This document shows, piece after piece, positions 1 through 14,918 of a stretch of DNA of 64,000 nucleotides; the first letter of the stretch is position 1; every line of letters begins with the position of its first letter. The stretch is from the human T2T-CHM13v2.0 reference genome, Homo sapiens: the NCBI RefSeq assembly GCF_009914755.1, contig NC_060942.1. The stretch is one strand, 5' to 3'. The notes under the pieces were generated by a model that ran no database searches, was not told where the DNA came from, and saw nothing but the letters and a program-made list of their open reading frames with translations. Both the position numbers and the translations under genes were made by a program.

Positions 1-1783
1 ATGTTAGGGTTCTGTTGGTCTTAGTGGCAAGGAGTACTCAAACATGACATATAGGCTCAATACTAGCAAGGCAGGGGCAGAAAGCAATTGTATTCTCAGT
101 AGGAGTATTGTGCAAGACTTTTCAGAGATTAGTGCTCACTATTCTGGACAAATAAATGATGGAGGGTTAAAGATCCTAGTTTGATGTAGTTCCTTAAGTG
201 AAAGGGCTTCCAGGGGCTTATCTCTGTGCATCAGTGAGCAGAGTTGTTCTTTGTAGAGTTCCTGCCTCTATACAGGAAGAATCCATGTATGACTGGCATG
301 TGAAAAAGAGGAATAGGAATTGTAAGTTAACTATGCAAATATCGAGTGGCCCAGTTAACCAAGTAAGGTTTTTAGGAGAAAAATCTTTCTTTCAGTGTCA
401 TTTATTCCATCATATTGAATACAGTTGGAATGATAGTCTGAATCTTAAATTGATGAGTATGAGAAGAGAATCAAAATAGCATTGAGAAACGGACTTTGTC
501 AAAAACTGGGGCACCTATGGAGAGGCTTACATTGATTGAGGTACCTACTTACTTGGCTCTGTGAGGGGTACAAAAACCTTATGGCATAAAAGAATGTCTA
601 GTATTAAAAAAAAGTAAGGAAAAATGAACAGTTTATTCTTACTTCTATAGCCTTCCCGTGATGCAAAGATTAAGAGAAGTTCCAAGTAAAAGTTTCTGAA
701 TGAATGATTGATAATAGGAAAGAACATGCCATTGGCTAAATGGGAACCCATTAGAAAGTGTGGATTGAATATTTAGTAAGGAGCCTCTAGTGGGCAGAAG
801 ATAAGATTTGAATTCATTAAAAACAAACAAGAAAAAAAAATAAAGACTCTCTCATTAAAACAGTTATGAGTCTTCTGCCTCTAGATATTATATTGTTACT
901 AAATCTAGTAAATGTCAATATCTACTAAAGTAATATCTCAATAATATCTACTAAAGTAGACAGAGTAGCTCAGACCCTTTAGAGCCCATGGGCAGTGAGT
1001 GTCTCAAGGTGCCAAGGGCTAACAATAATAAATAAAGGAGAGTTCTGAGAGACAGACGTCTAATTTGGGATGAGGAGAAAATCAGTGGCTGTCATGGTTG
1101 TGAGTCACTACAATTCTAGGAGGAACTGTTTCAATACAAAGGAGATTTTAAAATGTGTTTTCTTGCTTTTTCTTGTATGCATACATATACACATTAGCAT
1201 GCACATCCATGGCATAAAATTCCAAATGCTTCTCTCCTTGTTTAGAATGTTCATTATTGAGCAAGTCTGCAACCAGTCTTGGAGTTATGATGTATCCTGG
1301 ACCTAATAAGGCCAATACAATCTATCATTTAGCTAATCAGGCAAACCCGTATCATTTTTGCAGTAACTTAGAATCCTAAAGGGATCACCAAATAAATAAG
1401 GGGCAAACAGGTAATAGAAGATTGTTTAATTAAAATCCATTTAACTGATCCCCCTACTGTTGGGTTTTCTTAGATTTCTTCACAATCTCTTCCTTTATAT
1501 CTGAGACATGAGCAGCGGTTTATTTCTGTTCAGCCAGTTTTCACAAAGAAGATGAAGCAAAGTGTTGTTTTGGTTTGCTTTCGTTTGTTTGCTTTTTTCG
1601 AATTTGTTGTTTTCTTCATAAGAGTCAGTGTGTATACAAACTTAAATAGAGCAAAACCAGGCTGTCCAGAGGTGTAGAAGCTGACTGGCAGGCTGACCTC
1701 CTTCACCAACGGAATCACTCACTCCAAGCACAAGTGATTCAATTTTGTGCCTCAGCAAAACTGCAGATTACTACATGCTATAG

Positions 1784-1907
1784 ACCAGTGGGTTGCAACT
1801 CTGGCTGCAAATTAGAATTCCATTGGAAGCTAATTTTTAAAATTTTTAATATCAATGTCTGGGCCCCCACATGTGGTATGAAACCAGATTCTTGTAAGTC
1901 GTGTCCC

Positions 1908-1945
<38 letters not shown>

Positions 1946-2070
1946 GCGCAAAGACAAAGAATGTGTCTTTGTGTGTGTGTGTGTGTGTGTGAGTGCATGT
2001 ATATATGTGAGATGGGTGCTTGGCATCCTGAGTGATTCTGTGCGTGAAAGAATCAGGTTTGAGAATCCTA
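1784..2070. mobile_element. MER5-like hAT-Charlie DNA transposon fossil interrupted by (GT)n tracts
   Basis: CCAGTGGGTTGCAACTCTGGCTGCAAATTAGAAT start and GTGATTCTG...GGTTTGAGAATC end resemble MER5 termini. Confidence 0.55.
1912..1991. repeat. Two (GT)n microsatellites, (GT)16 at 1912-1943 and (GT)10 at 1971-1990
   Basis: Read directly. Confidence 0.97.
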
Positions 2071-5019
2071 GAGCCATAGATACATACGTCTTCAGAGGCA
2101 CTTCCCAAATATAAATCTGAGGCTGTCAAATTTACGGATAATAGGTGTACTGTAACTTAACTAGTGAGAAGTGAAGAATGTGAGCATAGTCCTCTCTAGG
2201 AAAATAAAGTTGCACAATAAATTTTTTTTATAAATAAATGGTCCCTTTATTTCTGTAGCGAAACCAACTAGAAATTTAAAACAAGACTGAATTTTTTTCT
2301 TAAAATGCTCATCTGTGTCTATCCCAATACATGAAAGAATGAATAATCACCAGAGATTATGCCACAAATAATTTTATCCTGGAAATTTTTCAAAATTAGA
2401 ATTACAAATTAGTCACATTAGCCTGAAAAGCCTTTTAGTAATATATCCAAAACCATATACATTTTAAATAGTTTTCTATAGAACACATATGTTATAACAT
2501 ATTTATCTTATATTTACACTTACGCACACAACATATGAGATTCAAGAGGTTTCTGATATAATTTTGTTTTCTTACTCAATAAACTGCAGAGAGTGAATCT
2601 TGACCCACACGGCAATAGAAGAGAACCTGCCCTGTGTAAATCTGGATATCTAGCCTTCCAGGGTCTTCTGATTCTCCCTGTGTTTCTGTTCCATGAAGGT
2701 TTTTCTTGGGCAGCTAGCACCTTGCTTCAAGATCATCACCTGCTCCCCTGAGTTATTCTCAGACTCAGCTTCCAGGACTGTGTTATGTACCTCAAGATTA
2801 CTCCTTAATTTGTTTTTTTAGGTACAGCTACTCTCTCCAACCCCAGAGTCCTTGTGTGAGTGTGCTTTGTTACGTCTGATATTCTCTGCTGTACTAGAAC
2901 CATGGAAAGAATTATATTCGTTGGAGAGAATAATCCTGATTCTGCCCCAGCTAAGCATTGATTCCCCTCAAGACACACACCATATCACTTACTTTGCAAA
3001 TACAATTTTATATTTCTCTGAAACATTTTATATTTCTCCGTGGAGACAAAAAATGTTCCAGTTTCACATGGAATTCACATCAACCCATTTCAAGATCATC
3101 AAGTCATCAACCAATTATTCTAATATTTAGAAGAATCATTTCCACATCACTGGGGAATTAAAGGAATAACAGGTCAATAAAGAGTAAATAGTTTGCAAAT
3201 TACTCCTCTAGTTACTTTGCCTTAAATACAAATAATCTTGTATCCGTACATTATTTAGTAGGAAAGTCACCTCTACTTCTCTCATCTCTATCACCATCTC
3301 TCCAAAAGAGCAAATTTGAGACAGGGTGCAGGCTGCCAGATGGCCACCTCCATTACTGTCTCTTCAGGCCAGAGGTACAATATTTCTGTGTAACCAGTTC
3401 ACGTGTTTGTATAAACACTTCAAAACACCCAATCAATCACTTCTTTCTAGCCAGAACTTTTCTTAGGGAAGCATATGTCTCTGACCTGGTAGAGACTAAA
3501 TGTAACGTTCTTTCTTTCATGAGCTCAGGGTTTAATGGGCCAGACACAACAATGGCACAGGCGAGCAATTTCAAGGCATTCTCATTATAACCAGGATCTG
3601 TGTTATAGAGAGTCGGAGGACACATGTACCGCCTTTAAAGATATGTTGTCTTATATAAAGCACTACAAACAATCAGGCACAGCAGGCTGACAGCTCTCTC
3701 TAAAGGTCAATAAAGGTTATGTGAGCCTCCTAACTGTAAAACTCTGTGTGAGCAGAAATTTATGAGTTTCTCTCTTCCAGGAGTAAACTTCGGTCATAGC
3801 ATGTTCCACTAAAATCTGTCAATAAGCTAGACCATCCTCTGTGTTCCGGGAGAAGAAGATCAAAGACTTTCTGGGCATTAATACCCTTTTAACTAAATTG
3901 TGATCTAAGTAATATTTCATAAGAGGTATTACTTTTTGAATACTTTCATTTCTCAGTTGCTCTCTGTTTATATGCCACTGTCTACCTCTCTCCTTATTTC
4001 TTGCAGAATCTTTTATAATCAGTTTCCTTGTTTTATACTGAACACCACAAATGAGAGCTAGGACTACTGAAGTGTGCTTTAAGACCAAGAGGTTCTATCA
4101 GGAAATGCAATCTGTCCTCCATAGACACAGTATCTGTGGTAATGAAACAAAACCTCGTTTACTGAATCAACACTAACTGATGCATAGCCTGCATGGGGGA
4201 AGCACATACACATTCTGACAAAGGCTAGGAAGCATAAAACCACCGATCCTGCAGTTGCAAGGTCATAAAATCCTGCTTCCTATTTGAAAAGCATTTAATA
4301 GTGGACATTTTGAAATGTCTTGACTTAGAAAAAGCCTGGGTACAAGGGACTGAATAATTACATCCTGCAAAATATGGGGAATCATCATGTTAGAGAGAGC
4401 AGATGGTCTCCCCATCATTCCAATACCCCAACTTCAAACAAGCTCAGTGTGTTTTGACAATTTGACAGTTGATAGAGAAAAGGGCATTTCACTTGCAATT
4501 CTAAACAGAAACAGAAACCTTAAGATGAACACAGGGCTCTTTTATGAACCTAAATGTAAATTCTCATCAGCTGACTTCCACTGGGGTTGAGGGGATAGGA
4601 CCAGTCACCTAGAGTGTGCCATATCTGTTGGTAACAAATAGAGCTTCATGAAATATTCTAAATGAATCACAGAGTTCAGGCTAATTAGAGGTAGTGTATC
4701 ACTTTCATAAAGAGAGTAGATGGGGGATAATATTTAGAATGCCTATGAATTTTTTGGTGTATGGGAAAAAGTGTCGTAACATATCATTAGGATTATGACC
4801 TGGAATATGCATCAAATCCAAAAGATGATTCTGTATTTAAGGTTGTTAAAGCATAGTGAGAGCCTATATGATATCATCATCATTATATATGGGGGTTTAG
4901 ATTTAAAAAAGAAACGTTTCTCCCTTTAACAATCTACTTTTTAGAGGTATTGCTAACTATTCAAACTATTATTCATATAATTTAGGTTAAATGTTTTTCT
5001 TGATGCAGGGAAAAACATA

Positions 5020-5130
5020 GAAATTGACTGGGCTGTAATGAACAGGACATTGGACTAAGAAACATGATTCTGGATTTCGCCTTCTGGATCTGCCACTTAG
5101 ATTTAAACATTATCTGCCTCCATTTCCTAA
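5020..5130 (+). mobile_element. MIR fragment
   Basis: GGACATTGGACTAAGAAAC...TCTGCCACTTA...TCTGCCTCCATTTCC resembles the MIR core. Confidence 0.5.
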
Positions 5131-5163
5131 TATATAAAAGGAAGAATAATAGCTGTCATACCC

Positions 5164-5500
5164 AGCCAGGGGCAGTGACTCATGCCTGTAATCCCATCAC
5201 TTTGGGAGGCTGAGGCAGGAGAATCACTTGAGCCCAGGAGTTGAGATTGGCCTGGGTAACACAGTGAGACTTTGTCTCTGTGAAAAATTAGCTGGGTGTG
5301 TTGGCGCCTGCCTGTAGCCCTAGCTACTTGGGAGGATGAGTTAGGAGGATGATTTGTGCTCAGGAGTTTGAGGTTGCAGTGAGCTATGATTGTGCCGTTG
5401 CACATCAGCCGAGTGACTGAAAGAGAAACTATTGTCTCTGGGTGACACAGACAGAAACTCTGTCTTCATAAAACAAATTAAATAAATAATTTAAAAATAA
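5164..5500 (+). mobile_element. AluJ element with duplicated 3' end
   Basis: Alu dimer with J-type diagnostics (CACTTGAGCCCAGGAG, GAGCTATGATT), A-rich tail. Confidence 0.93.
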
Positions 5501-7239
5501 AGTTTTAAAAATATCTGTCTTATCTATATATATATATATTGGAATAATAAAAATAAAATGAGAAAATAGGTTGTAGCAAAAGCACAATAGTACTGTTCAG
5601 TATGAAATTTACTTAAACATAATTCCTAGGCTCCTTTTTAAATTCTATATCTGCTTCCCAGGCAAAATCATTCACATCCATGACTTCAGCCACCACAAAT
5701 ACACTTAGAACTCTGCAGATTCCTTCCAACAGATACCACTCACTGGACATAAATACTCCACTCCCTGATCTAGAGCTGTGTCTCAATTTCAGGGTGCTCA
5801 GCACTGCACCTACCCAGCTCTTTAAATCTGCCAGGGTTCTGCAACTCCCACTCATGGCAAGAGCAAGATGAGGCTGAGGAGAAATGTTATCATTGTATAC
5901 ACTAAGTAGAGTTTTACTTTATTTTATTTTGGTTCACTTTATTATTCTCTAGAGACAAAGATTTGACATCACCTTTCAAGATAATGTCATTCCTGGGGTT
6001 GGAGTGGATTAAGGACACTTTGCTTATATTGAGGAAAAGCAAGCATCCTATTCACAAATGAGGAATAGAGCAAAATTTATTCTGTGTTTATTGTAAAATA
6101 ATGCCTTCATTCTAGGGAGACTTGCATTGCTGCATATTTGTGTGTTTTTTTTGTCTTAAAAGAATTGCTTATTCTCTGGGCCCAGGTGTACTCAAAACCC
6201 TACGTGTTTTGACGAAAGTAGCTGAATTCAAAATTACAGCAACAGACTGACAGAAAGTGGTATGCAATTTGGGCTGGGGACCACACACACAATTCATTCC
6301 AACGTTTTCACAAAGGAATTTCACTCTACTGGGGTATAAGATGAGATGATATTATTTATTCTAATCATGGCCCTAACCTATGTTGGAGACTATGTTGCTA
6401 TGTTGAAGCCCTCCTCCTTTTTCCTATCTTTAGTAACATTCTGGGAAGATTGTATAACATTTTAGCTATTTTAGGTATTAAAATTGGTGAGTCCACATGA
6501 AAAGCTCCATCTCCCATCTGATTCTAAATTCTCTTCTCTGCTATTGCTGATGTAAGAATTCACTGCCCCTTTCACTCCTTTGCAGTTGTCTTTCTCTTAA
6601 GCTTTGTCTCAAGAACTAGGACAGGGCAAAGGGATAAAAATTACCCCAAGTTAGGTAAAGAGGCAAATGTCCCTTTACCTTAATGGGCATAATTTTAATC
6701 GCTTTACTTACTTTTTGCAACTTGGAAGCATTTACTTAGTGGGCAGCTCTGCTGTGCAAGCTTCAGGCAAGATGTCTTAAGCCTAGCTTCCACAGTGTCC
6801 ACTTGACCTAGAGGTAGCTTATTTTGCCCAGCCAACTGGTGTGAGTAATGTTTGCCCCTTCCTTTATTCACCTGTCTCTTTGATCCAGTTTGCTTTTCTA
6901 CCACTGGCATAATCAGATTATCAATTTGACCACCTATGCAGATATACAACCTGGAAATGAGATCCAGTCTCTTCTCATCAGCACCTCACATATTCACTGG
7001 AGATTTTCTTGGACCTCCATGTAGACAATGGAACAAGGCATTTGTTACAAAACGAGTGGCTCTTCCCCCATCACAATGCTTACTTCTATAGCCTAGGTGA
7101 GATAAAGATAGTGAGGTAGATGCGCATTGTACTATGGTCACTTGTGCTAAATTTTAATGAACTCTGGAGAGACTGTCTGCAATTTTCCATGGCTTTCTTT
7201 AGATTGTGGGGTTCTTAGTACATTTTTGTTTTTAGATGT

Positions 7240-7594
7240 TGCATTAGCTGTTCTCTCACTGCTATAAAGAACTACTTGAGATTGGATAATTTACAAAGAA
7301 AAGAGGTTTACTTGACTCACAGTGCATGACTGGGAGGCCTCAGGAAACCTGAGGCAGAATCATGGCAGAAGGCAAATGGGAAGTAAGACATGTCTTACAT
7401 GGAGGCAGGAAAGAGAGTGAGGGGCAAAGTGCCACACACTTAAACCATCAGCTCTTGTGAGAACTCACTCACTATCATGCGAACAACATGGGGGAAGCCA
7501 CCCCCATGATCCAATCTCCTCCCACCGGGCCCCTTCCTTGACACGTGGGGATTACAATGAGATTTGGGTGGGGACATGGAGCCAAACCATATCA
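7240..7594 (-). mobile_element. MSTA-type MaLR solo LTR
   Basis: Termini TGCATTAG...CCAAACCATATCA, typical MST/THE1 internal motifs, perfect 5-bp TSD GATGT (7235-7239 and 7595-7599). Confidence 0.92.
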
Positions 7595-8079
7595 GATGTA
7601 TAAAGTACTTGCCTCTCACATTAATTATTTGGATTCTACATTCTAACACCTCTTGCTTCCTGGCTAGTCAATCCAATTTCCACAAAGCTGGGAAAAGCCC
7701 ATACATTAGAGGTGGGTGGAGCCCCCAATTTTTCAGGAATTGGGGGCTCCACCCACCTCTCTGGGGAATGTTAGTTTAGTCATTCTTATATTCCTTTTTT
7801 ATGTCTAATCAGAGGGGGTGGGGGTTAAAACATATTTATCCTATGTTGTATGCATTCTTGCTCAAGTTCTTCCTCCTCACTTGTACTGTTCCCAGGCATC
7901 TTCACCCACCATTATCATTATTTTACCTTAGCCATAGCCTCCAGCTGCAGCCAAGGCGAGACATTCATAGGCGGGTAGCAATTATTGACCAATGCCTGTC
8001 TTACCCCTACCCATCTGTAAGTTTTCAAGTTAAAGGATATTTGTTACAGGACATTTCTTAAGGTACTTCTCTGTCTTTG

Positions 8080-8290
8080 TGATTAAGTTAGTTTGCCCCC
8101 CTTACCCTTTCATAACTCTCATTATACTCGAAATTACTTGCTCACTGACTACATTCTCTGTTAAATTATGTAGTTCTTGAGGACAGGGGTCAATCTCATG
8201 GATGTATCTTGTTCACTCATATATCCTTAGTATCTCATGCATTTTCCTAACAGCTACTTATTTATTAAGTGAATTGATAAATGTACAGAG
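8080..8290 (+). mobile_element. L2 3'-end fragment
   Basis: TTCTTGAGGACAGGG...TCTTGTTCACTCATATATCC...GAATTGATAAATG resembles the L2 3' end. Confidence 0.5.
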
Positions 8291-9012
8291 AATGGAAATA
8301 CTGTCATTAATTTTTATTAGATTTAGCAAACGATTGTTCAACTCTTCATTTGAATCTGCCCTTGAGGCTATCAAGAACCTTATTGACTCTATCCTTCTCC
8401 ACCTCTATTGATTTTTCTGCATATTCTTGGTTTCTATATATGTCAGAGTTGTTTCAGATTGCCACTGTATCTTCAATTCTATCTTTATTGAAGAGGCTGG
8501 TGAAAAACTTCTATCTTAAATATCAACAAAAAGTGATTTTTACATGGTTTTAAACTGGAATCTTTGAAGTCAAAAATTTGAAAATAAAATCTTTGAGCTC
8601 CTAATGTCTTATTCATCTTAACTTTAACATTTCCTACAGTGCACTCTTAAATGGTCTACTCAAGACAATTTAAATGGCCAAGCCTAATGTCAGTTATGAC
8701 TTCTAAGAAAATTCCTGGGTCTTAAGATTTCTTCATACGTATGCTTGTTCAGCTTTTACTTTTTACTTACAATGAAGCAGTTTATTTTTCTTTTTATTAT
8801 TATTATTATTATACTTTAAGTTTTAGGATACATGTGCACAAAGTGCAGGTTTGTTACATATGTATACATGTGCCATGTTAATGTGCTGCACCCATTAACT
8901 CATCATTTAGCATTAGGTATATCTCCTAATGCTATCCCTCCCCCTTCTCCCCAGCCCACAACCGGCCCCAGTGTGTGATGTTCCCCTTCCTATGTCCATG
9001 TGTTCTCATTGT

Positions 9013-12829
<3,817 letters not shown>

Positions 12830-12877
12830 TTATTTTGCTCTTTAGTTGATGCAGTTTCTTCCTAGCCTTGATGGACT

Positions 12878-13894
12878 TTACGATTTGGCATGTTTTTGCA
12901 GTGGCTGGTACCGGTTGTTCCTTTCCATGCTTCATGCTTCCTTCAGGAGCTCTTTTAGGGCAGGCCTAGTGGTGACAAAATCTCTCAGCATTTGCTTGTC
13001 TGTAAAGTATTTTATTTCTCCTTCACTTTTGAAGCTTAGTTTGGCTGGATATGAAATTCTGGGTTGAAAATTCTTTTCTTTAAGAATGTTGAATATTGGC
13101 CCCCACTCTCTTCTGGCCTGTAGAGTTTCTGCCAAGAGATCAGCTATTAGTCCGATGGGCTTCCCTTTGTGGGGAACCCGACTTTTCTCGCTGGCTGCCC
13201 TTAACACTTTTTCCTTCATTTCAACTTTGGTGAATCTGACAATTATGTGTCTTGGAATTGCTCTTCTCAAGGAGTATCTTTGTGGTGTTCTCTGCATTTC
13301 CTGAATTTGAATGTTGGCCTGCCTTGCTAGATTGGGGAAGTTCTCCTGGATAATATCCTGCAGAGTGTTTTCCAACTTGGTTCCATTCTCCCCATCACCT
13401 TCAGGTCCATCAATTAGATGTAGATTTGGTCTTTTCACATAGTCCCATATTTCTTGGAGGCTTTGTTCGTTTCTTTTTATTCTTTTTTCTCTAAACTTCT
13501 CTTCACACTTCATTTCACTCATTTTGTCTTCCATCACTGATACCCTTTCTTCCAGTTGATCGCATCGGTTACTGAGGCTTTTGCATTCGTCATGTAGTTC
13601 TCATGCCTTGGTTTTTAGCTCCATCGGGTCCTTTAAGGACTTCTCTGCATTGGTTATTCTAGTTAGCCATTCGTCTAATTTTTTCTCAAAGTTTTTAGCT
13701 TCTTTGCCATTGGTTCAAACTTCCTCCTTTAGCTCGGAGTAGTTTGATCTTCTGAAGACTTCCTCTCTCAACTCGTCAAAGTCATTCTCCTTCCAGCTTT
13801 GTTCCATTGTTGGTGAGGAGCTGTGTTCCTTTGGAGGAGGAGAGGCGCTCTGTTTTTTAGAGTTTCTGGTTTTTCTGCTCTGTTTTTTCTGCAT
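12878..13894 (-). pseudogene. L1 ORF1 (RNA-binding protein p40), disrupted by premature stops
   Basis: 201-aa piece ...EQSLQEIWDYVKRPNL...RPALKELLKEA; ATG at 13894; in-frame TGA at 13601-13603 and 12932-12934. Confidence 0.95.
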
Positions 13895-14918
13895 CTTTGT
13901 GGTTTTATCTACCTTTGGTCTTTGATGATGGTGATGTAAAGATGGGTTTTTGGTATGGATGTCCTTTCTGTTTGTTAGTTTTCATTCTAACAATCAGGAC
14001 CCTCAGCTGTAGGTCTGTTGGAGTTTACTGGAGGTCCACTCCAGACCCTTTTTGCCTGGGTATCAGCAGCGGTGGCTGCAGAACAGTGGATATTGGTGAA
14101 CCACAAGTGCTACTGCCTGATCATTCCTCTGGAAGTTTTGTTTCAGAGGAGTACCCGGCCGTGTGAGGTGTCAGTCCGCCCCTACTGGGGGATGCCTCCC
14201 AGTTAGGCCACTCGGGGGTCAGGGACCCACTTGAGGAGGCAGTCTGCCTGTTCTCAGATCTCAAGCTGCGTGCTAGGAGAACCTCTACTCTCTTCAAAGC
14301 TGTCAGACAGGGACATTTAAGACTGCAGAGATTATTGCTGTCTTTTGTTTGTGCCCTGCCCCTAGAGGTGGAGCCTACTGAGGCAGTCAGGCCTCCTTGA
14401 GCTGTGGTGGGCTCCACTGAGTTTGAGCTTCCCGGCCACTTTGTTTACCTACTCAAGCCTGAGCAATGGCGGATGCCCCTCCCCTAGCCTCGCTGCCGCT
14501 TTGCAGTTTGATCTCAGACTGCTGTGCTAGCAAATGAGTGAGGCTCCGTGGGCGTAGGACCCTCCGAGCCATGTGCGGGATATAATCTCCTGGTGTACCG
14601 TTTGTTAAGCCCATTGGAAGAGCACAGTATTAGGGTGGGAGTGACCCAATATTCCAGGTGCCGTCTGTCACCCCTTTCTTCAACTAGGAAAGGGAATTCC
14701 CTGACCCCTTGCACTTCCCGGGTGAGGCAATGCCTCGCCCTGCTTAAGCTCACGAACAGTGCACTGCACCCACTGTCCTGCACCCACTGTCCAGCACTCC
14801 CCCGAGAGATGAACCTGGTACCTCAGCTGGAAATGCAGAAATCACCCATCTTCTGTGTCACTCACGCTGGGAGCTGTAGACTGGAGCTGTTCCTATTCAG
14901 CCATCTTGGCTCCACCCC
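13895..14918. promoter_or_regulatory. L1 5'UTR: sense promoter (minus strand) and antisense promoter (plus strand)
   Basis: YY1 motif CAAGATGGC at the 5' end, partly CpG-decayed; promoter function inferred from L1PA family knowledge. Confidence 0.75.

Noticed and set aside
1-420. Possible old LTR at the window start
   Set aside because: General LTR-like appearance, but I cannot assign a family or find both termini
1734-2129. ORFs with CVCVCV/HTHTHT runs
   Set aside because: Translations of (GT)n microsatellites
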